A DNA stretch of 64,000 nucleotides from assembly GCA_019057795.1 (NCBI GenBank), contig JAHLWS010000087.1:32001-96000 (forward strand), written 5' to 3'. The notes beneath the pieces were generated by a model. The model was not told where the DNA came from and made no database searches. It worked only from the letters and a program-made list of their open reading frames with translations. Positions 9,738 to 18,685 of the stretch are shown one piece after another. A program made the translations under genes and the position numbers. Each line of letters begins with the position of its first letter. The first letter of the stretch is position 1. Source of the DNA: Promethearchaeota archaeon. Lineage in GTDB: Archaea; Asgardarchaeota; Lokiarchaeia; Sigyniarchaeales; SOKP01.

Positions 9738-9765
9738 TTTATAAAATTAACCGAATATTCTTTTA
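9738..9765 (-). repeat. Right terminal inverted repeat
   Basis: TTTATAAAATTAACCGAATATTCTTTTA, the reverse complement of the left IR with 2 mismatches. Confidence 0.8.
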
Positions 9766-9802
9766 AATATCAATAATATCATATTTAAAAATTGAAAAAA
9801 AA

Positions 9803-10648
9803 ATGGAATATAAAACTATTAAATTTGAATTACAAAAAAATGGTATAGGATTTTTAACATTTAACAGAGCAGAAAAAGCTAATGCTATGTCATTTCAAAT
9901 GGTTGAAGAACTTCATTCTATATTTGATATGTTAATGATCAATCTCGATTGTCGAGTTCTTATCATGAAAGCAGAAGGTAAGATTTTTAATGCAGGGCAA
10001 GATCTTAAAGATGCTATAGTTTTAAAATCAAAGAAGAAACCCGAAAATCTCAAAAATTATTATTTCTTAGAGGTTCCAGAAATAATGAAAGGCATTATGT
10101 ATTATCAGTGGAGAATAGCAGAAATTATTGTAAAAATGAGAAAGATTTCACAACCGATTATTACCATAATTCAGGGTCCAGCAATCGGAGCAGGATTTTC
10201 TATTACAATGGCAACAGATATTCGTATTGCCAGTAAAGAGGCAAAATTTAACGCTGGCTATATTAATATCGGACTCACAGGTTCAGATATGGGTAGTAGT
10301 TATTTTCTTCCGCGTCTTGTAGGAATGTCAAGAGCGGTTGAACTACTATACACTGGAAGATTTTTTAATGCTGATGAAGCTTTAGATATAGGATTTATAT
10401 TAAAGATTGTTGAGAAGGATAAGTTACTTGAATCTGCAATGGAAATTGCCGAAGTATTACTTTCAAAAAGTCCTTTAGGATTACGGCTGACAAAACAAGC
10501 AATTAATTTATCTCTTGATTCTCCTAGTCTAGAAACAATTATTCAATTAGAAAATCGAGGTCAAGTTCTATGCAGTAATTCAAAAGATGTAATGGAAGCT
10601 TTCAATGCTTATATGGAAAAGCGAAAACCAAAATTTCCTTTACGATGA
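9803..10648 (+). CDS. Enoyl-CoA hydratase/isomerase (crotonase) family
   Basis: FNAGQDL, GPAIGAG, DIRIAS, LPRLVG, AYMEKRKPKF. Confidence 0.9.
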   Translation: MEYKTIKFELQKNGIGFLTFNRAEKANAMSFQMVEELHSIFDMLMINLDCRVLIMKAEGKIFNAGQDLKDAIVLKSKKKPENLKNYYFLEVPEIMKGIMYYQWRIAEIIVKMRKISQPIITIIQGPAIGAGFSITMATDIRIASKEAKFNAGYINIGLTGSDMGSSYFLPRLVGMSRAVELLYTGRFFNADEALDIGFILKIVEKDKLLESAMEIAEVLLSKSPLGLRLTKQAINLSLDSPSLETIIQLENRGQVLCSNSKDVMEAFNAYMEKRKPKFPLR

Positions 10649-10821
10649 AAGCTCGCATATATTTTGAAAAAGCGTGGTCAGGTGCGCTAACTAATTTGAA
10701 AGAAAAACTAAACAGTAAAACAACTTGATTGAGTGCAATCTTAAACTTTAATTTTATTCTAACTTTTATCCTTGACATTTAAATGAGTAAGTTACTTATA
10801 ATTGCAATGGGTAAATAACTC

Positions 10822-11499
10822 TTGACTGAAGAAATGTTAAATGAGCTTGATTTAGATCAGTTTAGAAAAGTATTCAGTAAGTACACCATAGAAGCCTTTC
10901 AAAAACTTCCAAAATTGGAGAACCCCCGGATATTAGACATTGGTTGTGGTTCGGGAGTTCCCACCATGGAATTAGCAAAATTAAGTGATGGTGAAATAAT
11001 AGGAATCGATATTGATCAAGATCTTTTGGACAGTTTTAGTAGAAAAATTGAACAAGAAGGCTTAACCAATAGAGTAAAGGCTATTAAATGCTCATTACTA
11101 GATATAAAATTTCCAGACAATAGTTTTGATATCATTTGGGCTGAAGGATCAATAACAACGCTAGGTGTTGAAAAAAGTCTAAGAGGATGGAATAGGCTAC
11201 TTAAACCTAAAGGATTCTTGGTTATTCACGACGAGATTAAGCACTTTTTTGAAAAACGCTATAAAGTTACTAGATGTGGCTATAAACTTATTGAACACTT
11301 TTCTTTGCCAGAGGAAGCTTGGTGGGAAGAATATTATAGACCACTTGAGATTAGAATCAAGCATTTATATAAAAAATATAGTAACGATCCAGATGCTCTT
11401 GGAGTGTTAAATATCCATCAAACTGAGGTAGACATAGTCAAGGCCAGTCCAAAAAGTTTTCAATCAGTTTTTTGTATAATGCAAAAAAATAAAAAATAA
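10822..11499 (+). CDS. Class I SAM-dependent methyltransferase
   Basis: RILDIGCGSG, SFDIIWAEG, LKPKG. Confidence 0.88.
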   Translation: MTEEMLNELDLDQFRKVFSKYTIEAFQKLPKLENPRILDIGCGSGVPTMELAKLSDGEIIGIDIDQDLLDSFSRKIEQEGLTNRVKAIKCSLLDIKFPDNSFDIIWAEGSITTLGVEKSLRGWNRLLKPKGFLVIHDEIKHFFEKRYKVTRCGYKLIEHFSLPEEAWWEEYYRPLEIRIKHLYKKYSNDPDALGVLNIHQTEVDIVKASPKSFQSVFCIMQKNKK

Positions 11500-11518
11500 A
11501 AGAAATTATAAAATAGCG

Positions 11519-12739
11519 TTATTTCAGATAATTTAAGGCTGTTAATGCAAACATTTTCACCAAATCCATTAAATCCTTAATATACACGAACTCATCTTCG
11601 GAATGAATGTTATTATCTCTCGCGGAAGCGCCTACTAAGATAGTTGGAATCCCTCTTTCTTGAAACCAGTGCGCATCGGTTGAAGGCATTAAAGTTTTAA
11701 ATTCTCTCTTTTCACCATGGATTTTCTCCGCTGCTTTCAGAACAATTTTAGCAAATTCAGAAGATTCATCAATCACTTGCGGCTCCATTGCAATTGGCAT
11801 TTGAACTGTTATATCCAAGTCTGGGTCTTCCTCTTTCATTTTTTCAACAAAATCAAGGAGTCTCTTCCTTATACTTGCGACATCTTGTTCCGGAATTGTA
11901 TTTATACTAAGATGAAGATAACATCGATCTGGAACCGTCGTGATTTTCGTGCCACCATGAATTTCCGCCAGATTAATACTACTCACGTTAGAACCCCATC
12001 CATCTGAAGTGGGATAATTCGTAGTTTTTTCTAGCAGTTCTTCTTTCAGTTTAAGTAAGAAATTCATTATCTTAACCATCCTCTCGATAGTGTTTATCCC
12101 CGAATTCTCATTGCGATAAGGTGGAGGAAGGTCCGGGAATGCCAGCCCATGAGCGGTCTTTCCTTTGATGGTTATCGTGATATACAAGGTTCCACCACAA
12201 TATCCAAAGGGATATCCATTAGCTGCGTCTCCTAATAAGCACGCATCTCCAGAGACTAATCCGCTACTTAGGAGGTATTCTGCCCCTCTTAATCCTCCAG
12301 TTTCTTCATCTCCTACAGCAGTGACTATTAATTTTCCTTTAAGATCAACTCCTGCTTCAAGTAAAGCTTGAATTGCAAAAATCTCAGCAGTCACTGAAGA
12401 TTTATCGTCAGAAGCACCTCTTCCATAGATTTTATCTCCAACAATTTCCGCTCCAAATGGATCCTTAGACCACCCTTTAAAAGCTTCAACCGTATCAAAA
12501 TGCCCGTTGAAAATTAACGTAGGACCATCACCATTTCCAAGCTCACCAATGACATTATTTCTTTTAATAGATGTTTTTAAACCGATGTCTCGCATTTTTC
12601 GCTCTACGAATTTAGCAACTTCCTTGTATTTTGAAGGGGGATTTTCAGAGGGGATTCTTACTATTTCTTGAAGAAATTTAATAATCCCATCCCTCATACT
12701 ATCTATTTTATCTATAATTAGTTTTTCTAAATCAGCCAT
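11519..12739 (-). CDS. M20 family metallo-amidohydrolase (ArgE/DapE-like)
   Basis: NGHFDTV, GRGASDDK, DEETGG, IHSEDE. Confidence 0.9.
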   Translation of the reverse strand: MADLEKLIIDKIDSMRDGIIKFLQEIVRIPSENPPSKYKEVAKFVERKMRDIGLKTSIKRNNVIGELGNGDGPTLIFNGHFDTVEAFKGWSKDPFGAEIVGDKIYGRGASDDKSSVTAEIFAIQALLEAGVDLKGKLIVTAVGDEETGGLRGAEYLLSSGLVSGDACLLGDAANGYPFGYCGGTLYITITIKGKTAHGLAFPDLPPPYRNENSGINTIERMVKIMNFLLKLKEELLEKTTNYPTSDGWGSNVSSINLAEIHGGTKITTVPDRCYLHLSINTIPEQDVASIRKRLLDFVEKMKEEDPDLDITVQMPIAMEPQVIDESSEFAKIVLKAAEKIHGEKREFKTLMPSTDAHWFQERGIPTILVGASARDNNIHSEDEFVYIKDLMDLVKMFALTALNYLK

Positions 12740-12766
12740 ATTTAATCTCCTTTTATAATAATTTAA

Positions 12767-14005
12767 TTAATCTTTATTTCTTAAATAATTGAATGCAGTT
12801 AAAGCAAAAATTTTTGTTGTATCAATTAAATCGTCAATAGATACAAACTCATCCTCTGCATGTACGTTATTTTCATGCGTTCCAGTTCCCATTAGTATCG
12901 TTTCAATTCCCTTTTCATGAAACCAATGCCCATCGTTTGCTGATTGGAATAATTTAAACTCTCGATCTTCACTATACACTCTATTTACGGCTTTTTGAAC
13001 AGCTTGAGCGAATTTAGAATTAAGATCTGATGCAAATGGTTCAAAAGACATTGTAAATTGAACATTGATGTTCAAGTCACGATCTTCTTTTTTAGCAGCT
13101 TCTATGAACTCTAAAATGCGGGTCTTTATACTTTCAACATCTTGTTCTGGAATGGTATTGATAATACAGTATAATAAGCATTTATCTGGTACAGTAGATA
13201 ATTTGTCGCCCCCCTCAATCTTTGCTATATTGACAGTACTTACTTTAGAAGGATGTCCAGGAAAATTTGGATATTTGGTTTCAGTATTGAGGAACTCTGC
13301 TTGTAATTGAGTCAAAAAATTCATCACGCCAATCATTTTTTGTATAGCATTGACTCCAGAATACTCATTTCTATAAATTGGGATATCGGGGAAACTTAAA
13401 GCGTGAGCTTTTTTTCCTTTAATTAAAAATGTAACAAGTAAGAACCCTCCAGTATAGGCTGCAGGAAAACCTCCGCGCCCATCTCCTAATAGACAAGCAT
13501 CACCATTAATATGTCCCTTATCCAATAGGTACCTAACCCCATTGAATCCGCCTGTTTCTTCGTCTATTGCCGAAATTAAAGTTAAACTTCCCTCAAATTT
13601 AATACCTAACTCAAGCAAGGCTTTAGTTGCAAAAATTTCTGCTGTTACACATGCTTTATCGTCACACGCTCCTCGACCATATATTTTTCCATCAATTATG
13701 TGACCTCCAAATGGGTCTTCTGTCCATCCCTTATAAGCAGGAACGGTATCCATATGACCATATAATAATAAAGAGGGCTCCGTTAGATTTTGATACTTCC
13801 CTACTACATTATTTCGTTTTACAAAAGTTTTAAGACCAAGCTCTTCAAATTTGGTCTGAACGAACTGTGCTATCTGTTTATACTTACCTGGTGGATTCTC
13901 GGAAGGAATTTGAATGATTTGCTTATGAAAATTTATTATCTCCTCCCGCATTTCTTCTATTTTTTCTATAATCGCTTTTTCAATACTTTCCATTTTTATA
14001 CTCAC
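12767..14005 (-). CDS. M20 family metallo-amidohydrolase (ArgE/DapE-like), tandem paralog
   Basis: GHMDTV, GRGACDDK, DEETGG, VHAEDE; start may be ATG 13993. Confidence 0.9.
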   Translation of the reverse strand: MSIKMESIEKAIIEKIEEMREEIINFHKQIIQIPSENPPGKYKQIAQFVQTKFEELGLKTFVKRNNVVGKYQNLTEPSLLLYGHMDTVPAYKGWTEDPFGGHIIDGKIYGRGACDDKACVTAEIFATKALLELGIKFEGSLTLISAIDEETGGFNGVRYLLDKGHINGDACLLGDGRGGFPAAYTGGFLLVTFLIKGKKAHALSFPDIPIYRNEYSGVNAIQKMIGVMNFLTQLQAEFLNTETKYPNFPGHPSKVSTVNIAKIEGGDKLSTVPDKCLLYCIINTIPEQDVESIKTRILEFIEAAKKEDRDLNINVQFTMSFEPFASDLNSKFAQAVQKAVNRVYSEDREFKLFQSANDGHWFHEKGIETILMGTGTHENNVHAEDEFVSIDDLIDTTKIFALTAFNYLRNKD

Positions 14006-14132
14006 AAATTCTTATTAGATACATATTTGATGTGGATGTATATAAAACTAAAAAATTAAAAAACTAACGATCACATAATTACTTATCTTTTTAATAAAAA
14101 GAACTTGAATTAATAATTTAAAGTGATAATAG

Positions 14133-15143
14133 ATGGCTAAAAGGGTAGCAATTAACGGATTCGGTAGAATCGGACGAAACTTTTTCCGAACAGTAGTAGA
14201 GAAATATCCTAACGAAATTGAAATTGTATCCATTAACGATTTATTCGAACCAAAATACTTGGCTTATGTCTTAAAATATGATTCTGTTTTTGGGCGATTT
14301 AAAGGAACTGTCGAGGCTAAGGAAAAATCTTTGGTAATAAATGGAAAGGAAATTCCTGTTACTGCAGAACGAGACCCAGCAAACTTACCGCATGCTAGTA
14401 ATAATATAGATGTTGCTCTCGAATCCACTGGATTCTTTACGAAAAGAGAGGGCGCTGCAAAGCATTTAGAGGCTGGAGCTAAGAAAGTTTTAATCAGTGC
14501 ACCTGCGGGAAATCCTGATTTTACCGTTGTAATAGGTTGTAACGACGATAAATTAACTAACGAGCATAAAATCATTTCTATGGCATCTTGTACAACGAAT
14601 TGTTTAGGTCCAGTAGTAAAAGTATTAATGGACAATTATGGAATTGTTAACGGAATGATGACTACAGTTCATTCATATACTGGCGACCAACGACCAGTTG
14701 ATACAGCAAGAAAAGATGATCCCATAAAAATGATTCGTGGTCGAGCCTGTGCGGCAAATATAGTTCCAACTTCCACTGGTGCAGCTAAAGCGATTGGTGT
14801 CGTGTTTCCAGAATTAAATGGTAAAATGGATGGCATCGCAATGCGCATTCCAACCCCAAACGGGAGCGTTGTTGATTTAAAAGTAAATCTAGGGAAATCT
14901 ACAACAGTAGAAGATGTTAACGCTAAAATGAAAGAAGCCGCATCGGGTTATCTAAAAGGAATTTTAGAATATACCGATGATGCAATAGTAACTACCGATA
15001 TTGTTGGCAATCCCGCAAGTTCTATTTTCTCTAGCTTGTGGACTAAAGTAATCGGTGGCACTTTCTGTGGTGTCGTTAGCTGGTACGATAACGAGTGGGG
15101 TTATTCCAATCGTTTGGCAGATTTAATCGTCAAGAAATTATAA
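14133..15143 (+). CDS. gap: Class I (bacterial/eukaryotic-type) glyceraldehyde-3-phosphate dehydrogenase
   Basis: INGFGRIGR, ASCTTNCL, TTVHSYT, PTSTGAAKA, SWYDNEWGYS. Confidence 0.95.
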   Translation: MAKRVAINGFGRIGRNFFRTVVEKYPNEIEIVSINDLFEPKYLAYVLKYDSVFGRFKGTVEAKEKSLVINGKEIPVTAERDPANLPHASNNIDVALESTGFFTKREGAAKHLEAGAKKVLISAPAGNPDFTVVIGCNDDKLTNEHKIISMASCTTNCLGPVVKVLMDNYGIVNGMMTTVHSYTGDQRPVDTARKDDPIKMIRGRACAANIVPTSTGAAKAIGVVFPELNGKMDGIAMRIPTPNGSVVDLKVNLGKSTTVEDVNAKMKEAASGYLKGILEYTDDAIVTTDIVGNPASSIFSSLWTKVIGGTFCGVVSWYDNEWGYSNRLADLIVKKL

Positions 15144-15391
15144 ATCATTAACAATCTCAATTATTTTTATTTTTTTTCTTTTCTTCTATTTGTTTTAAAA
15201 TTTTTGAATTTCTGCTATTCAAATTTAATTAAGTTTTGTTATAGCATCACAGAATCTAATATTTTGAAAAGGTTAAAAAATTTTAAAATTATTATTTGAT
15301 TGTGGGGATAGAACATAAAAACAAATTAATAGAAATGTTTTTAAAAATTGACTTTAAATCAGTATTAGAAATATAAGTTTATAGGATTTAA

Positions 15392-16765
15392 ATGGTTTAT
15401 TTTCAAATTAGCCCTATTGGATTTGATTGTAGAACGGATAAAAATAATTGTGAGAAATATCCAGATTTCTGTAAGGAGTGTGTTAAAGCTCAACTTGAAA
15501 AATTTGGTTTAAATCTTGATCATAACTTGAAATTCACGATTATCGATTCTGAAGAAAAACATATTCAAATGTTCCAAGACCTAATATGGCAGAAATTTTT
15601 AGATGTTTTGAACATAAAATACATTTTATTAATGGCTAAAGAATCTGGGTTAGCTCTAGTTGATTATCCGATTTCAGGGGCGGGTGTAAATACTGAGATA
15701 TTAACTGGATTTATCCAAGCAAATATTACGTTTTCAGAATCTAGTAATACTTCAATTAGAGAAGCAAGTTATAGAAATAATCTTCAATTTTATGAATTTC
15801 AATACGAAACATTCAATATTTTACTTAAAAATGGCCAATTTATTCGAATCTGTTTAGTTTTAGATCATAAAGCTTCTGATAGCTTGAAAACGCTTGTAAC
15901 CGACTTTTTAAGCGAATATGAAAGTAGATATCTTGATAAAATTGGAACACATATAAGAAAAGGGATGAGGCATTTCGAAGATACAATTGATTACATCAAA
16001 GACAGTTTTAATGTTAAACTAGTTTTTCCCATGATTCTAACGCACACATTATTACCAGACGAATTAGATTTAATTCAAAAAAATCCTATCCAAAAAGCAA
16101 TAATAAATTTTGCAAAAATATTGTTGACTTCAAAAACATTCTTTTTTATTATCAACTTAATCGATGAAGTTCAAAAAATAGTTCGGATAGACGCAAATAA
16201 GATACTTTATGAAGTATACCAACTTATAGAAAAAAAAATAATTATCCCTACTACAATTGAAACTGTTGAAGATACAATTTATAAATTTCAAGAATCACGA
16301 GCGGTAAGAATAGCTAGTAATGAATTAATTTCTTCATTAATTTCTAATAATGATGCTATAAATGAATTGAAAGAGAAAGCAAAGCATATGAGCGAAGAAG
16401 AAGTTAATTCATCCATAATTTCTTATATAAGAAAAGCTGAAGCTGCCGAAAAAGGATTAGCTTATAAAGAAGCACAGATAGAATATGAAATGGCTCTTTA
16501 CTTAGCATCTGGTTTTGATTATAGAGAGGAAGTAGGGAGAATATCTTTTATGATTTTAGAACTTGACAAAAAGATAAAAGAATTGGAACTAGAGTATGCT
16601 TTAAATATAGGAGAAAAAGCTGAGAAAAAAAAGGATTACATCAAAGCTATTAATTATTATCAACAAGGATTAAAAATTCTAAATGATGCTCAAGACCTTG
16701 ATGGAAACGACTCTCGAATAAAAAAATTGAAAAAAAAAATTGCAAACCTTCAAAAAAATTTATAA
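15392..16765 (+). CDS. Asgard-type multidomain protein: Cys-rich N-terminus, longin/roadblock-like domain, winged-helix-like region, C-terminal TPR-like helices
   Basis: YILLMAKESGLAL...ILTGFIQA...YEFQYETFNILL...FIRICLVLD...FLSEYE longin-like pattern; KAEKKKDYIKAINYYQQGLKI TPR-like. Confidence 0.55.
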   Translation: MVYFQISPIGFDCRTDKNNCEKYPDFCKECVKAQLEKFGLNLDHNLKFTIIDSEEKHIQMFQDLIWQKFLDVLNIKYILLMAKESGLALVDYPISGAGVNTEILTGFIQANITFSESSNTSIREASYRNNLQFYEFQYETFNILLKNGQFIRICLVLDHKASDSLKTLVTDFLSEYESRYLDKIGTHIRKGMRHFEDTIDYIKDSFNVKLVFPMILTHTLLPDELDLIQKNPIQKAIINFAKILLTSKTFFFIINLIDEVQKIVRIDANKILYEVYQLIEKKIIIPTTIETVEDTIYKFQESRAVRIASNELISSLISNNDAINELKEKAKHMSEEEVNSSIISYIRKAEAAEKGLAYKEAQIEYEMALYLASGFDYREEVGRISFMILELDKKIKELELEYALNIGEKAEKKKDYIKAINYYQQGLKILNDAQDLDGNDSRIKKLKKKIANLQKNL

Positions 16766-16989
16766 AATTAAAGAACAAAGCTACTTCTTTTATTATCTTC
16801 AATGTATTATGCCAAAAAAAAATGAACATTTTATTATACTTTTACTCCTCAATTAATTCGATTCTTATCTTATTTTTAAACATTAATAGTATGTTTTATT
16901 TTACGAAAAATTATGACTCTTTTATCTTATTAATAGGATTTTGTACTACGAATCATAACTCAAGGTAAATTATAGATTTAGAATAAGAA

Positions 16990-17442
16990 ATGTATGATTC
17001 TCTTAAAAAGTATAATAATCAAGTATACACTGGCATGAAGATTGGTGGGTCTCATAAATGGATCTACAACGACGGAAAATGGACTGAAACAAAAACCGCT
17101 CCAACTAAATGGACAATTAACTTTAATAGTGTGAAAACAAGAATAAATCCAGCACCATCTAATTCAGGGGCTAATATTGGCACAAAATTTCATTGGTACA
17201 TTATTGCCGATCAAATCGCGACTAAACTAAATAAAGATTCTTATATGACGCAAATGAAGGGCATTAAATATAAAGTTGGCCATAAGCGTCCTCATTGGCG
17301 AACTTTTAGCTACAATTATCCTGAGCAAAACTCGTATAAAGAACGAGTCATAAAAATATTAGAAGATACTCTTAACAAATTAAAGAATGAAAATTTGCCT
17401 AAAATCAACTCAATAACTCGCTTTCTTTTTAATGAAATTTAA
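16990..17442 (+). CDS. Conserved hypothetical protein (Trp/Lys-rich, predicted beta)
   Basis: Clean 150-aa ORF, YTGMKIGGSHKWIY...FHWYIIADQ...YKVGHKR. Confidence 0.65.
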   Translation: MYDSLKKYNNQVYTGMKIGGSHKWIYNDGKWTETKTAPTKWTINFNSVKTRINPAPSNSGANIGTKFHWYIIADQIATKLNKDSYMTQMKGIKYKVGHKRPHWRTFSYNYPEQNSYKERVIKILEDTLNKLKNENLPKINSITRFLFNEI

Positions 17443-18081
17443 TTGATAGACAAACCAATTGCCGAAACCTTCGAAAAAATCCAGACCTGCTTCTTTTGCC
17501 CACCTTTTTTCTGTTCTACGCAGTGGATAATCAGGATCCAGAAAGAGTTCACTCAAAGATATTATACCATCTGGTTTTAGAATTCGTTTAAATTCCCTTA
17601 AAGCTTTTATAGGATCAGGAATTTCGGGTAAACAAGTAATCGCAAAGACTCGATCTACGCTTTCATCTTCAAACGAAAGATTGTGAGCATCGTCTATTTT
17701 AGGAATAATATTTTGAATATTCTCTTTTTTAATTTTTTTCTTTAAACGGTTGATGATTGATTCTTGAATATCAATTGCAAATACTTTTCCATTAGGTTGT
17801 ACTTTTTCCGCTACAGCTTTCGTATAACTGCCTTTACCGGGACCAATTTCTACTACAATCATTCCGGGTTTAAGTTGCATTCGTTCAGCAATAAGTTCAG
17901 GTTTTTGTATTAATCTACGACGGAACGGGTTATCAATCAATCTCGTTGCGAAAGCCGGGATGGGAAATTTGTATATTTTTCTAATAATTCTTACTATTAC
18001 AAACAATATGAATAAGAAACACAAAAAAGCAATCAATAATATGAAAAAAACAGTTCCTAATATTGATGTCCAATCTGAGAT
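17410..18081 (-). CDS. Class I SAM-dependent methyltransferase with N-terminal membrane anchor
   Basis: VVEIGPGKG, LSFEDESVD, RILKPDG; frame open upstream of TTG 18036 to an ATC at 18081, 7 nt after GGTGA. Confidence 0.8.
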   Translation of the reverse strand: MSDWTSILGTVFFILLIAFLCFLFILFVIVRIIRKIYKFPIPAFATRLIDNPFRRRLIQKPELIAERMQLKPGMIVVEIGPGKGSYTKAVAEKVQPNGKVFAIDIQESIINRLKKKIKKENIQNIIPKIDDAHNLSFEDESVDRVFAITCLPEIPDPIKALREFKRILKPDGIISLSELFLDPDYPLRRTEKRWAKEAGLDFFEGFGNWFVYQLNFIKKKASY

Positions 18082-18084
18082 TTT

Positions 18085-18148
18085 AATTTCACCAATTATT
18101 TTTAATATAGTTTAAGAAAATTTTTTTCATTTAATTTGTTTCTAAATA
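18085..18148 (+). repeat. About 65-bp imperfect direct repeat, copy 1
   Basis: AATTTCACCAATTATTTTTAATATAGTTTAAGAA...TTTAATTTGTTTCTAAATA. Confidence 0.7.
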
Positions 18149-18235
18149 TCAAATTGGAGTTCTGGGTTAAGTATCTCACCAGATTTTATATATTTACAAA
18201 GCAATACTTAACATTGAAAGAGTCTCCAAGATTTC

Positions 18236-18484
18236 TTACAATCCAGACATATTCCAATCTCTCTTTAGATTAATTAACTCTTCCCGTTGATCGAGTAAAT
18301 GCCTTAAAGTAATTGCATCATTTTCAGCTTCATCTAATGTTTCATTTTTAGCATCGTTTAAAAATTTAATAGGTGATTCATAACTCCATTTAACTAAAAC
18401 CTTATCTATTTCATCATATAAAAATTTCAATTTTAAATCAACAAGTTCTTCTAAAAGTTCTTTTTTTACGGGAATTGTAGTCAA
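18236..18484 (-). CDS. Small helical hypothetical protein, possibly an orphan antitoxin
   Basis: 82 aa, GGTGAGG RBS, acidic/helical; lies between the two direct-repeat copies. Confidence 0.6.
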   Translation of the reverse strand: MTTIPVKKELLEELVDLKLKFLYDEIDKVLVKWSYESPIKFLNDAKNETLDEAENDAITLRHLLDQREELINLKRDWNMSGL

Positions 18485-18575
18485 TTATTCCTCACCAAGC
18501 TCTATAAGGATTTTTAAGCATAAATATTTATTCTATCTAACAAAATTCTTATTATTATGTCTTTTTCAAGACTTA

Positions 18576-18639
18576 AATTTCACCAATTGTTTTTAATATG
18601 GTTTAAGAATTTTTTTATCCTTTAATTTTGTTCCAAATA
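18576..18639 (+). repeat. About 65-bp imperfect direct repeat, copy 2
   Basis: AATTTCACCAATTGTTTTTAATATGGTTTAAGAA...TTTAATTTTGTTCCAAATA. Confidence 0.7.
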
Positions 18640-18685
18640 ATTTAAAAAGGAAATAATTTTAATATCTTTTAATTTATTCATATTC

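Larger units (their letters stand above)
8123..9765 (+). mobile_element. Insertion sequence (IS6/IS1-like DDE group), about 1.64 kb, single transposase
   Basis: 28-bp imperfect terminal inverted repeats (2 mismatches) flank the transposase; GC visibly higher than the flanks; exact ends uncertain by a few bp. Confidence 0.85.

Noticed and set aside
10645-10690. AUGA-containing GC-richer stretch after the crotonase as a second SECIS
   Set aside because: Poor stem, no matching GA core, and the protein ends normally at KPKFPLR
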